Shown: positions 37,254 to 46,930 of the stretch, piece after piece
How the letters are laid out: each line of letters starts with the position of its first letter
How positions within the stretch are numbered: the first letter of the stretch is position 1
Made by a program: the position numbers and the translations under genes
NCBI GenBank assembly: GCA_003220475.1
Contig: QHSO01000011.1
Coordinates: forward strand, 608 to 64,607
DNA from: Candidatus Rokuibacteriota bacterium
GTDB taxonomy: Bacteria; Methylomirabilota; Methylomirabilia; Rokubacteriales; CSP1-6
Length of the DNA: 64,000 nucleotides
Reading direction: 5' to 3'
Notes under the pieces: generated by a model
What the model was told of the DNA's origin: nothing
Database searches by the model: none
Seen by the model: the letters and a program-made list of their open reading frames with translations, nothing else

Positions 37254-38963
37254 CTACTTCTTCATCCCGCGCGTGTCCTTGCGCAGCGTCAGGCCCAGCT
37301 CGAAGCTCGTCTGCCGCATCGGATCGGCGTTGAAGATCGCCAACCAGATCGCCCCGTAGTCGCGCCCGACGCCCGGCACGCCGGTGCCCTCGGCCGAGAG
37401 GCGCCGCACGTCGAGCTTGCCCGCTTTGCCCGCGGCGGGCACCGTCATCAGAAAGCCGGCGTCGGACGGCGCGCCGTCGACGCTCAGCTTCACCTCGATG
37501 CCGTGCGCGTCCTTGAGGTCGGCCTGGATCGAGAAGAATCGCGTGGTCAACGGCGGCAGCGGCCCGTCGAACTTGTGCTCCTTGAACCGCTGGTTGTCGG
37601 CGAGGAACCGCTGGGCGGTCTGCTCGGTCTCGCCCAGACGCGGTGTGGGGCGGCGGAACACGCGCGTGTCGTCCTTCGAATGGATCATGCGCGCCTGCAC
37701 CCACGGGCCCGGCTCGGGCACGGCGGCGCGCAGAACGTTCTCGATGAACTTCGGGTACGTTTCGCTCAGACGGCCCTGCGCGACGAGATACTCGTAGAGC
37801 TGCGTGCCGATGGGCTTCGACGGATCGGACTTGAGGTTGGTCAGTGCGTTGGCGATGCACCCGGGGCTCTGCTTCTCGACGTGGTCGAGGATGAGCGAGT
37901 ACCCGTACGCAAGCAGGCCCTCCTCGAACTCGAGACTCTGCTGGATCGGCGCCGACAGCAGGTAGGGATACTTCGTAATCTCTTCGCGCGTCGCCTCGGA
38001 AAACCCGAGCGTGTTCTTCCACCCCGACCAGCGGGCCGATGCCGACAGCCACCACTGCGCGCTCTCGTCGGAGCCCGAGCCGTCGCCGCGCCCGGCGGCC
38101 GACGGCGCCGCCGCGGGCGCGCCAGCGACGGGCTCGGGCTCGCGCACCCGCTGCGGCGGCATCCGGTCGACCTTCTTCGGCGGCGTCTGGCGCGGCGGCG
38201 GCGCGACGACCGGTTCCGGCTCCTGGACGCGCACGGGTTCTGGGGGACGCACGGGTTCGGGGGCACGCACCGTCTCGGCGAGGCGCACGGGCTCGGGCTC
38301 GGCCAGCGCGGGCGCGCGTGCGCTCTGCTCGCCGAGCACGAGGTGTTTGCGCGCGGCTGCGACGGCGGTCTGCCGCCCGAAGGCCTCTGAGATGCTCTCC
38401 TCGAGCGCGGAGAATCTGGCGTCGTCCAGCCCCTCCGTGGCCTCGAGCATCGTCAGGAGATCCACGAATGGGTGCGCGGCCGCCTCGAGTGCCTCGATCT
38501 GCTCCGCCGTCGTCTCGGTCAGGGCGAGCGCGGCCTGCTTCAGCTCGGCGGCCTTGTCTTGCGCGACGACGAGCGGCTCGAAGCTCTCGTCGTCCCGGTG
38601 ACGCACGCCGGCGATCCGATCCAGCACGGCGACGACGCGCTCACGCGACTCGTCGAAAGCCGCACGCCGCTGCTCGGCCTGCAGCGCGTCGGTCATGGCG
38701 ACGAGCACCGGCTCGAGGCTCCTGGCGCTCTCGATGCCGTCGGGCACTACGAGGCCGAGCGTTTCGGCGGCGAGGACGATCTCGGCGCGCAGCTCGATGA
38801 ACTCGCGGCTGCCGGTCGCGAGCGCTTCGACGAGCGCATCGGACGGCGGCGCGCCGCCGTCCTGCAGCTCGCGCGCGGCTTCCGCGAGCTTCGCCCCCAG
38901 GTCAGCGAAGCGCCCGGTGAGGTCCGCGAGTTGGCGAGCGAAGGCGTCGAGGTTGACGTTCAT
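37254..38963 (-). CDS. Hypothetical protein (569 aa): helical N-domain, Pro-rich linker, globular C-domain
   Basis: Long ORF with coding-like composition; PEPVR repeats in the linker. Confidence 0.8.
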   Translation of the reverse strand: MNVNLDAFARQLADLTGRFADLGAKLAEAARELQDGGAPPSDALVEALATGSREFIELRAEIVLAAETLGLVVPDGIESARSLEPVLVAMTDALQAEQRRAAFDESRERVVAVLDRIAGVRHRDDESFEPLVVAQDKAAELKQAALALTETTAEQIEALEAAAHPFVDLLTMLEATEGLDDARFSALEESISEAFGRQTAVAAARKHLVLGEQSARAPALAEPEPVRLAETVRAPEPVRPPEPVRVQEPEPVVAPPPRQTPPKKVDRMPPQRVREPEPVAGAPAAAPSAAGRGDGSGSDESAQWWLSASARWSGWKNTLGFSEATREEITKYPYLLSAPIQQSLEFEEGLLAYGYSLILDHVEKQSPGCIANALTNLKSDPSKPIGTQLYEYLVAQGRLSETYPKFIENVLRAAVPEPGPWVQARMIHSKDDTRVFRRPTPRLGETEQTAQRFLADNQRFKEHKFDGPLPPLTTRFFSIQADLKDAHGIEVKLSVDGAPSDAGFLMTVPAAGKAGKLDVRRLSAEGTGVPGVGRDYGAIWLAIFNADPMRQTSFELGLTLRKDTRGMKK

Positions 38964-39019
38964 ACGCAGGGAGCAAAGCGATTCTAGGCGGCGGCGCAGC
39001 GGAGTGTCAAACTGCTGCC

Positions 39020-39034
39020 TGGCACGTGCCGTGC
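39020..39034 (+). promoter_or_regulatory. Sigma54-type promoter for the SLC13 transporter
   Basis: TGGCAC-N5-GTGC, 13 nt before GTG 39048. Confidence 0.5.
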
Positions 39035-39047
39035 TACGTCAGCCGAT

Positions 39048-40862
39048 GTGGCCGGCCTCGACACGCCGCAGCTGATTTTCTTCGTCATCCTCGGCGCGGC
39101 GTTCCTGCTGCTGCTCACCGAGCGGCTGCGCAACGACGTCGTCGCGCTGCTGATCGTGCTCGCGCTGAGCGTGTCGGGACTCCTCAAGCCGGACAAAGCG
39201 CTGTCGGGATTCGGCAGCGAGCCGGCGATCGTCGTCGCCGCGATCTTCGTGCTGAGCGCCGCGCTGCACCGCACGGGCGTGTCCGACGCGCTCGGACGCG
39301 CGGTCGCGCGGCTCGCCGGCGCGGGCCTCGCCCGCGCGCTCGCCGTCATCATGCCATCGGTGGCGCTGCTGTCCGCATTCACCCACCACCTCACGACGAC
39401 GGCGATCATGCTGCCCGTCACGCTCGATCTCGCTCGCTCGCGCAAGATCCCCGCCTCACGCCTGCTGATGCCGATGTCGTTCGCCGCCTCGCTCGGCACG
39501 ACGATCACGATCATCGGCGCGCCCGCGTTCCTCATCGCCTCGCAGGCGCTGCGCGAGGCGGGCCGGCCGGGACTCGGCATCTTCTCGATCGCCCCGATCG
39601 GTCTGGCGCTGTCCGCGGCCGGGACGATCTTCATCCTGCTCGTCGGCCGCTGGCTGTTGCCGGAGCGCAAAGGCGCGGACACGGCGACCGACCCCTTCCG
39701 CCTCGACGAGTATTTCACCGAGCTCACGGTGCTCGACGATTCGCCGTTCCGCGGCAAGACCGTGCGCGAGGTGGGGCGCGACGGGCCGTATCGTGTGAAG
39801 GTCGTCGGTCTGGTGCGCGATGGGCGGCGGGCCCAGCGCCCGCTCGGCGACCGTCGCGTGGAACCCGGCGACGTGCTGCTCGTGCGTACCACGCCCGAGG
39901 ACATCATTGCCATCCGCAGCGAGGCGGGCGTCGAGCTGCATCCGGTCGCGCAATATCAGTCGCGCGGCGCGCCGTCGCGCGAGGCGACGTCGTCCGGCGA
40001 CGATGGCGCTCCGCGCCTCGTGCAGGCGGTCGTGGCGCCGCGCTCGGAGCTGGCCGGCCGCACGATCGGTGCGCTGGACTTCCACCGTCGCTACGGCGTG
40101 ATCGTGCTCGGACTGTGGCGGCGGGCCGGCTGGCTCGATGAGGAGATCGCGCAGACCCCGCTGCGACCCGGCGACGTGCTCGTGCTGCAGGGCGACGACG
40201 AGGCGCTCGAGCGCGTCGCCAACGACCCGGGGATCCTGATGCTCGTGCCGTTCCACGCCGAGCGCAGCCCCCGGCGAAAAGGTCCGCTCGCGGCCGCGAT
40301 CATGCTCGCCACCGTGCTCCTCGCCGCATTCGACGTGCTGTCGATCGAGATGGCCGGCCTCGCCGGCGCTGTGGCGACGGTGCTCACGGGCTGTCTCACC
40401 GCGAGCCAGGCCTACCGTGCGATCGACGCGCGCATCTACGTGTTCATCGCGGGCGCCATTCCGCTCGGAGCGGCGATGAAGTCGAGCGGCGCGGCGGACA
40501 CGCTCGCGGGCTGGCTGCAGGGCGCCGTCGCCGACTGGAGCGAGACGGCCGTGCTGCTCGCGCTGTTCGCGGTCGTCGCGGTCGTCACACAATTCATGTC
40601 CGACAGCGCGACGACCGCGCTGTTTGCGCCGGTGGCGGTGGCGCTGGCCGATGTCCTGGGGCACGCGCCCGAGCCATACGTGGTCACGGTCGCCATGGCG
40701 TCGGTGGTCGCGTTCCTCACGCCGATCGGGCACCACGGCAATCTCCTCGTGTACGGCCCCGGCGGCTATCGCTTCGGCGACTTCGTGCGCGTCGGCGCGC
40801 CGCTCACGCTGGTGTCGGCCGCGGTCGTCGTGATGCTCGCGCCGATACTCTGGCCGGCCTGA
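39048..40862 (+). CDS. SLC13/CitMHS-type permease with two TrkA-C domains
   Basis: SRLLMPMSFAASLG, two GDVL TrkA-C repeats, FLTPIGH..N.LVYGPGGY.F.DF. Confidence 0.92.
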   Translation: MAGLDTPQLIFFVILGAAFLLLLTERLRNDVVALLIVLALSVSGLLKPDKALSGFGSEPAIVVAAIFVLSAALHRTGVSDALGRAVARLAGAGLARALAVIMPSVALLSAFTHHLTTTAIMLPVTLDLARSRKIPASRLLMPMSFAASLGTTITIIGAPAFLIASQALREAGRPGLGIFSIAPIGLALSAAGTIFILLVGRWLLPERKGADTATDPFRLDEYFTELTVLDDSPFRGKTVREVGRDGPYRVKVVGLVRDGRRAQRPLGDRRVEPGDVLLVRTTPEDIIAIRSEAGVELHPVAQYQSRGAPSREATSSGDDGAPRLVQAVVAPRSELAGRTIGALDFHRRYGVIVLGLWRRAGWLDEEIAQTPLRPGDVLVLQGDDEALERVANDPGILMLVPFHAERSPRRKGPLAAAIMLATVLLAAFDVLSIEMAGLAGAVATVLTGCLTASQAYRAIDARIYVFIAGAIPLGAAMKSSGAADTLAGWLQGAVADWSETAVLLALFAVVAVVTQFMSDSATTALFAPVAVALADVLGHAPEPYVVTVAMASVVAFLTPIGHHGNLLVYGPGGYRFGDFVRVGAPLTLVSAAVVVMLAPILWPA

Positions 40863-41052
40863 GCCCGGGCGGGCGCGGCCGCCTGGCATGGAGAGCGGAC
40901 CACGACGGTAGGTAGTCGCTTCCTGAGATAAGTCACGCCGTTGCAGCCTCCTCAGGGTTACAAAAACGTTGGCGAACGCGTGGTTAGCTCATCTGAGGGT
41001 TCGGTACGGAACTTGCGCTCCCCCGGAGCGATACCGTCTGGAGGGGGTGACC

Positions 41053-41670
41053 ATGCTCGACAACGTCCGGGCAGACCTCGAGCACGCACGCGTGATCAAC
41101 GGCTTGTCACCGGGGTGGTTCAATCGGTGGGTGAAGACGCCGTTGCACCCGGGCACGATCGGGGTCCTCAGCTACCGGTTCGCCTGGTGGGCGCACCACG
41201 TCCGCGTCCCCGTGCTCCGGCAGCTGATGATCGTCGTCTCGGCGGTCCTTCGGGCGTTCGTCGACGTCGTCTTCGGCGTGGAGATCTCCGTCAAGGCCGA
41301 GATCGGGCCCGGCCTCGTCGTGCACACCGCGCACGGCGTGTTCATCGCCGACACGAAGATCGGGCGCAACTGCGTCGTCCAGCACGGTGTCGCGATCACG
41401 CAGGGTGTGCGCTCGATCGGGGACAACGTCTACTTCGGTCCCGGCGCCAAGGTGATCGGCGGCGCGGCCATCGGCAACAACGTGCGCGTCGTCGCCAACA
41501 GCGTGGTGATGACCGACGTTCCCGACAACCTGACCGTCGTCGGCGTCCCGGCGCGCATCCGCTGGCGCAACCGCGCGTCGCTGACCCGATCGGCGATGCT
41601 GATGGCCTCGATGCTCTCCGGGCGGGACGGCGAAGCCGTCGATCTCGTCTCGATGCTGCCGATGCTCTGA
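41053..41670 (+). CDS. Serine acetyltransferase-like hexapeptide acyltransferase
   Basis: GVEI...AEIGPGL...H, hexapeptide repeats, VVGVPAR; GGAGG RBS before ATG 41053. Confidence 0.85.
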   Translation: MLDNVRADLEHARVINGLSPGWFNRWVKTPLHPGTIGVLSYRFAWWAHHVRVPVLRQLMIVVSAVLRAFVDVVFGVEISVKAEIGPGLVVHTAHGVFIADTKIGRNCVVQHGVAITQGVRSIGDNVYFGPGAKVIGGAAIGNNVRVVANSVVMTDVPDNLTVVGVPARIRWRNRASLTRSAMLMASMLSGRDGEAVDLVSMLPML

Positions 41671-41674
41671 AGCG

Positions 41675-43225
41675 ATGGCCTACTTGCTCCAGCAATTGCT
41701 CGACGTCAGCGCGGATCGTCATCCCGACAAGCCCGCCGTGCGCGCGCGCGAACGCAGCCTGACCTATGCGGAGCTGCATGCCCGATCCAGCCAGCTCGCT
41801 CATCTGTTGCGGGCGCAGGGCGTGGCGCGGGGCGATCGCGTGGGCTTGTTCTTTCCCAAAGCGGTGGAATCCGTCGTCGCCATGCTCGGAGTCCTGAAAG
41901 CGGGCGCCGTCTACGTGCCGCTCGATCCCCATGCGCCGACCCGCCGCCTCGGGGCGATCGCGGAGAACTGCGGGATCAGTGCGCTCGTCACGACGGCCGA
42001 GCGCCTGCGCACGCTCGAGCCGCGTGCGCTTCGCTGCGCCGTGCTGGTGAGCGGCGAGCCGCGCGCGGCGCACGAGATCGCGTGGTCGGCGCTCGATGCC
42101 TTCCCGACGTCGGCGCCGCCCGACAGCGGCGTGGAGACGGATCTGGCCTACATCCTCTATACGTCGGGCTCGACGGGCCAGCCCAAGGGTGTGATGCTGA
42201 CCCACCGCAACGCGCTCACATTCGTCGACTGGTGTGCGGCGACGTTTGTGATCACCGCTGACGACCGGCTGTCGAACCATGCGCCGCTACACTTCGACCT
42301 CTCGGTCTTCGACATCTACAACGCACTCGGCGCCGGCGCGACGGTGTCGCTCGTCCACGAGGAGCTCACGGTCTTCCCGCGGCGCGTGGCGGACTTCATC
42401 GAGCAGCACGGCATCACGGTGTGGTACTCCGTGCCCTCGGCGCTCGTCTATCTGCTGCTGCACGCCGACCTGGCGGCGCGCGACCTCGACCGACTGCGCC
42501 TCGTGCTCTTCGCCGGCGAGGTCTTCCCGATGAAGTACCTGCAGCAGCTCGCGGACCTGCTGCCGCGCGCCGAGCTCTACAACCTGTACGGGCCCACCGA
42601 GACGAACGTGTGCACGTACCACCATGTCGATCGCTGGCGGCTCGCCGGACAGGACCGTCTGCCGATCGGCCGCGCGTGCGCCAACACGGAGGTACTGGTC
42701 CTCGACGCCGACGGCCGCCGCGTCGCACCCGGCGAGGTCGGCGAGCTCTACGTCCGCGGGCCGTCCGTCACGCCCGGATACTGGGGTGACGCCGAGAAGA
42801 CGCGACGGGCGCTCGTGCCGAATCCGTTCCAGCCGCACCTCGACGAACGGCTCTATCGTACGGGCGATCTCGTGACCCTCGACGAGCACGGCGAGCTCGT
42901 GTTCCTGGGTCGTCGCGACAATCAGGTGAAGAGCCGCGGCTATCGCATCGAGCTGGGCGATATCGAGGCCGCGCTCTATGCGCACCCGGCGGTCGTGGAA
43001 GCCGCCGTGGTGGCCACCCGCGACGAGGATCTCGGCAGCCGCCTCCGCGCGTTCGTCGCGCTCAAGCCCGGAGAGGATGTCACGCCGGCCTCGCTGCAGG
43101 CGCATTGCGCCGGCCTTGTTCCGCGCTACATGGTGCCCGAGACGATCAACGTGCGGGACAGCTTGCCCAAGACCTCCACCGGCAAGACGGATCGCGCGCG
43201 GCTCACCGCCGAGGGGGGGGTCTGA
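41675..43225 (+). CDS. Stand-alone amino acid adenylation domain (DltA-like)
   Basis: LAYILYTSGSTGQPKG, FDLSV, NLYGPTE, YRTGD, GYRIELG.IE, LPKTSTGK. Confidence 0.92.
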   Translation: MAYLLQQLLDVSADRHPDKPAVRARERSLTYAELHARSSQLAHLLRAQGVARGDRVGLFFPKAVESVVAMLGVLKAGAVYVPLDPHAPTRRLGAIAENCGISALVTTAERLRTLEPRALRCAVLVSGEPRAAHEIAWSALDAFPTSAPPDSGVETDLAYILYTSGSTGQPKGVMLTHRNALTFVDWCAATFVITADDRLSNHAPLHFDLSVFDIYNALGAGATVSLVHEELTVFPRRVADFIEQHGITVWYSVPSALVYLLLHADLAARDLDRLRLVLFAGEVFPMKYLQQLADLLPRAELYNLYGPTETNVCTYHHVDRWRLAGQDRLPIGRACANTEVLVLDADGRRVAPGEVGELYVRGPSVTPGYWGDAEKTRRALVPNPFQPHLDERLYRTGDLVTLDEHGELVFLGRRDNQVKSRGYRIELGDIEAALYAHPAVVEAAVVATRDEDLGSRLRAFVALKPGEDVTPASLQAHCAGLVPRYMVPETINVRDSLPKTSTGKTDRARLTAEGGV

Positions 43226-43498
43226 GTGCTCGACATGGATCGTGACGTTCGCAGTGTCGTCCGCGCGTTCATCGCGACGCGGCTGGCGCCATCCGCCGGC
43301 CGAGCCGAGATCGCCGACGACGAGGACCTCATCGACACCGGCGTCGTCAACTCGCTGGGGATCTTCCAGCTCGTGGCGTTCCTCGAGGAGCGCTTTCAGA
43401 TCGCCATCGGCGACGAAGAAATAACGCCCGAGAACTTCGGCACCATCGACGGCATCGAGCGCCTCGTCGCGTCGCGTATCGCGGCACGCGCCGCCTGA
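43226..43498 (+). CDS. Acyl/aminoacyl carrier protein
   Basis: LIDTGVVNSLG phosphopantetheine motif, FLEERF.I, ENF.TI. Confidence 0.88.
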   Translation: MLDMDRDVRSVVRAFIATRLAPSAGRAEIADDEDLIDTGVVNSLGIFQLVAFLEERFQIAIGDEEITPENFGTIDGIERLVASRIAARAA

Positions 43499-43568
43499 GC
43501 GCACCTCACCGGACCCTCGTGGCTGGCGCCAGACGTCGCCGCAAAGCAGAATGACGTCTCGCGCGCCG

Positions 43569-43838
43569 TCAGCCGCGGACGACGAGCATCCATAGGCCGA
43601 TCGCGACGAACACGACGCCGGCGGCACGCCGCAGGTGATCCGGCGCGATCCACGCGCCCAGGCGCTCACCGACGAGGACCGCGAGCGCGCTGGACACCAG
43701 CAATGCCGCCGCCGCGGCGGCGAAGATGCCGAAGCGGCTCGGGCCCGGCGTCGACGCGAACGTCAGCGTCGCCAGCTGCGTCTTGTCACCGAGCTCGGCC
43801 AGAAAGACGCTCGCGAACACGAGCGCGTATGTCTTCAT
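43569..43838 (-). CDS. TMEM165/GDT1 (UPF0016) single-domain protein
   Basis: FLAELGDKTQ motif, three TM helices. Confidence 0.9.
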   Translation of the reverse strand: MKTYALVFASVFLAELGDKTQLATLTFASTPGPSRFGIFAAAAAALLVSSALAVLVGERLGAWIAPDHLRRAAGVVFVAIGLWMLVVRG

Positions 43839-44048
43839 GGCCGCGAGTCTACCGCTTGAACTTGGCCGTCGCGCTGCGGTTGCTGCTCATGGTCAGCGTG
43901 CACGTCGGTGACGTGCCGCTGCAGGCGCCCTCCATCCGGTGAACGTCGGACCGGTCATTTGGGCGAGACAGCGCGCTTCCTTATATACGGCGTCGCGATA
44001 GGTGCCTGACGCCATGAGGCGCTGGTGAGAGGCCGTATCATCGGGCCG

Positions 44049-44570
44049 ATGGGAGACCGGGTCGCGCTCTCGATCATCGGCGTGCTGTCGCTGGCCATCG
44101 TCGGCGTGGTCGGTGTGCTGCTGCTCGCGCACGATCCGGGCCGGCGCTTCAGCGCGGAGGTCACGGCACTGCCTGCGCTCAACGCCGCGCTGAACGCGAC
44201 GTGCGCGGCGCTCCTGGTCGTCGGCTGGATCGCCATCCGCCGGCGGCGTATCGGCGTGCACCGCGCGTGCATGCTCGCGGCGTGCGTGGCTTCCGCGTTG
44301 TTCCTCGTCTCCTACGTCGTCTATCACGCGCTCGCCGGGTCGCGGCCGTTCGGCGGCCAGGGTTGGATCCGGGTGGTGTACTTCCCGATCCTCGTCTCGC
44401 ACGTCGTGCTCGCGGCCGTGATGGTGCCCTTCGTGCTCACGACCGTGTATCGGGCGCTGTCGGGACGCTTCGATCGACACGTGCCGATCGCGCGCCGGAC
44501 GCTGCCGGTGTGGCTTTACGTGTCCGTGACCGGTGTGCTCGTGTACTTGCTCCTGTATCACGTCGGCTGA
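44049..44570 (+). CDS. DUF420 family membrane protein
   Basis: LPALNA.LN, H...M, FLVSY..YH, YF.IL.SH..LA, H..IAR.T.PVWLYVS.TGV.VY. Confidence 0.9.
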   Translation: MGDRVALSIIGVLSLAIVGVVGVLLLAHDPGRRFSAEVTALPALNAALNATCAALLVVGWIAIRRRRIGVHRACMLAACVASALFLVSYVVYHALAGSRPFGGQGWIRVVYFPILVSHVVLAAVMVPFVLTTVYRALSGRFDRHVPIARRTLPVWLYVSVTGVLVYLLLYHVG

Positions 44571-44579
44571 GGCGTGCCC

Positions 44580-45164
44580 ATGCGCGGGATCGAGCAGATT
44601 CCGTGGCTCTACGACGCGTGCTGCGCGCTGGTCGAGCGCTTCGGTCTCGGGCGCTGGCGCCGCTGGCTCGTCGGTGGCGCGGCGGGCCGCGTGCTCGACG
44701 TCGGCTGCGGCACCGGCCGCAATCTGCCGCTCTTCGACACGGGCGTGCGCGTGGTCGGCCTCGATCCCACGCGCGACGCGTTGCTCGCGGCGCGGCGGCG
44801 CGCACCCGCCGTGCCGCTGGTGCAGGGCGACGCGCAGGCGCTGCCGTTCCGGACCGGCGCCTTCGATACCGTCGTCAGCGGGTTGGTATTCTGCAGCGTG
44901 CCGGATCCCGCGCGTGGCCTCGCCGAGGTCAAACGCGTGCTGCGGTCCGGCGGCACGCTCCGCATGCTCGAGCACGTGCGCGCGCTGGGCGGGCTGAAGG
45001 CGCTCGTTCAGGATCGCTGCCAACCGCTGTGGACGCGACTCAGCGGTGGCTGCCACTGGAATCGCGACACCGAGCGCACGGTCGAGGCCGCGGGCTTTCA
45101 CATCGACGCCGCCACGCGCCGCGCGAGGGGCGACATGCGGCGCTTCGTCGCGCGGCCTGGCTGA
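44580..45164 (+). CDS. Class I SAM-dependent methyltransferase
   Basis: VLDVGCGTG.N, ALPF...FDTVV, CSVPD, EHV, GGCH.NR. Confidence 0.9.
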   Translation: MRGIEQIPWLYDACCALVERFGLGRWRRWLVGGAAGRVLDVGCGTGRNLPLFDTGVRVVGLDPTRDALLAARRRAPAVPLVQGDAQALPFRTGAFDTVVSGLVFCSVPDPARGLAEVKRVLRSGGTLRMLEHVRALGGLKALVQDRCQPLWTRLSGGCHWNRDTERTVEAAGFHIDAATRRARGDMRRFVARPG

Positions 45165-45230
45165 GCGGCGTGGCGCAGCGCGGCCGGGCGTGAACCGGCT
45201 CGCGCTTCAACCCATCGGTACAATCGGAGC

Positions 45231-46217
45231 GTGGAGATGCTCTCCCGCCGGCAAATCCTAAAGGCCGCGGCGGCCACCGCCGCCGTGATGGCCACGCCGC
45301 TGTCCGCGTGGCCCGCACCCGAGCGCGGGCGTGTCGTCGTCGCGCGCGAGGCCGATCGCGCCAGGGCGGTGGCCGCGTGTTTGGACGCCCTCGAGTTCCG
45401 CGCGTGCGAGGGACGCGGCGTCGCGGTCAAGGCGAACTTCAACAGCGAGGACGCGTTCCCGGCTTCCACGCATCCCGACACGCTCGCGGCGCTGTTCGCC
45501 ACGCTGAAGGCACGGCGCGCGGGTGCGCTGACGCTCGCCGAGCGCTCCGGTATGGGCGACACACGGCGCGTGCTCGAGCGGACGGGCGCGGCCGACGTCG
45601 CCAAGAAGGCCGGTGCGCGCGTCATCGTGCTCGACGACGTCGGTCGCCCGGCCTGGGAGGCATTCCGCGGCGAGCACTGGCCCAACGGCCTGCACGCCGC
45701 GCGGCTCTTCACCGAGGCGCCGTGCGCGGTGCAGACGATGTGCTGCAAGACGCACCGCTTCGGCGGCCACGTGACGCTGTCGCTCAAGAACAGCGTGGGC
45801 ATGATCGCCAAGCGCCTGCCGGGCGACGGCCACGACTACATGCAGGAGCTGCACCGGTCGCCGCACCAGCGCGCCATGATCGCGGAGGCGAATCTGACGT
45901 GGCGACCAACCCTCAACGTGATGGACGCGCTCGAGGCGTTCGTTGACGGCGGGCCCGAGGCCGGCACGCGCGCGGCGCCCGGCGTGTTCCTCGCCAGCGA
46001 CGACCGCTGCGCGCTCGACGCCGCGGCCATCGCGCTGCTGCGCGAGCACGGGATGAAAGGGCCCGCGGCGAGCGGTCTGATCGCGCGCACCGAGCAGCTG
46101 GCGCGCGCGCTCGCGCTCGGACTCGGCGCCGCGCCGACCACCGTCGAGGTTGTGCCGGCCTCGCCCGCCGCCGCCGACGTGGCCAAGCGGCTCGCCGACG
46201 CACTGGCGGCAGGCTGA
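45231..46217 (+). CDS. DUF362 family protein with twin-arginine-like signal
   Basis: SRRQILK signal; VK.NFNS, THP, KTH...TLSLKN.VG, DGGP, ALDA. Confidence 0.8.
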   Translation: MEMLSRRQILKAAAATAAVMATPLSAWPAPERGRVVVAREADRARAVAACLDALEFRACEGRGVAVKANFNSEDAFPASTHPDTLAALFATLKARRAGALTLAERSGMGDTRRVLERTGAADVAKKAGARVIVLDDVGRPAWEAFRGEHWPNGLHAARLFTEAPCAVQTMCCKTHRFGGHVTLSLKNSVGMIAKRLPGDGHDYMQELHRSPHQRAMIAEANLTWRPTLNVMDALEAFVDGGPEAGTRAAPGVFLASDDRCALDAAAIALLREHGMKGPAASGLIARTEQLARALALGLGAAPTTVEVVPASPAAADVAKRLADALAAG

Positions 46218-46219
46218 GC

Positions 46220-46930
46220 ATGGCCAAGCGCAACGCCCCGCTCGACGATCTCAGCCGCTACGGCCGACTCGCCGAATACAACCGCAAGCGGCGCTTCGAC
46301 GTCACGCCGGAGCCCCCCGGACGCGCGGGGAAGAAGAAGGCGACGCGCGCGCTCGAGTTCGTCGTGCAGAAGCACCGCGCGAGCCACCTGCATTACGACT
46401 TTCGGATCGAGCACGAGGGCGTGATGCTTTCGTGGGCCGTCGCCAAGGGGCCGTCACTCGATTCGAGCGTGCGGCGGCTGGCGATGATGACCGAGCCGCA
46501 CCCGATGGACTATAACGATTTCGAGGGCGTCATTCCCGAGGGTGAGTACGGCGGTGGCACGGTGATGATCTGGGATCGGGGCACGTGGGAGCCGGAGAGT
46601 CCCGACGTCAATCGCGCCCTCGCGAAGGGCGACCTGAAGATGCGGCTTCACGGCAAGAAGATGAAGGGCTCGTGGGTGCTCGTGCGCATGCGCGATCGCC
46701 AGTGGCTGCTGATCAAGCACCGCGACGCCTACGCGTCGGCCACCGAGGACCTTACGCTCTCGAAAGCGAAGTCCGTGGTCTCGCGCCGCGGCATGGTCGG
46801 CATCGCCCGGGCGGCGGGCGCGAGCCCCCGCCAACTGGAGCAGGCCGCCGGAGCCGATCCGCCGCGCACGCCAGCGAGTCCGGCGCGCCCGACGGCACAT
46901 CCGCCGCGCTCGACCGCGAAGCCCGCGTGA
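46220..46930 (+). CDS. LigD 3'-phosphoesterase domain protein
   Basis: Y.RKR.F..TPEP, FVVQKH.A.HLHYDFR.E, SWAV.KGPS, YGGG.V.IWD.G. Confidence 0.93.
   Translation: MAKRNAPLDDLSRYGRLAEYNRKRRFDVTPEPPGRAGKKKATRALEFVVQKHRASHLHYDFRIEHEGVMLSWAVAKGPSLDSSVRRLAMMTEPHPMDYNDFEGVIPEGEYGGGTVMIWDRGTWEPESPDVNRALAKGDLKMRLHGKKMKGSWVLVRMRDRQWLLIKHRDAYASATEDLTLSKAKSVVSRRGMVGIARAAGASPRQLEQAAGADPPRTPASPARPTAHPPRSTAKPA

Noticed and set aside
41008-41041. GGAACTT...GTCTGG resembling an RpoE promoter upstream of the acyltransferase
   Set aside because: Spacer is 21 nt, too long for the usual 16-17 nt.
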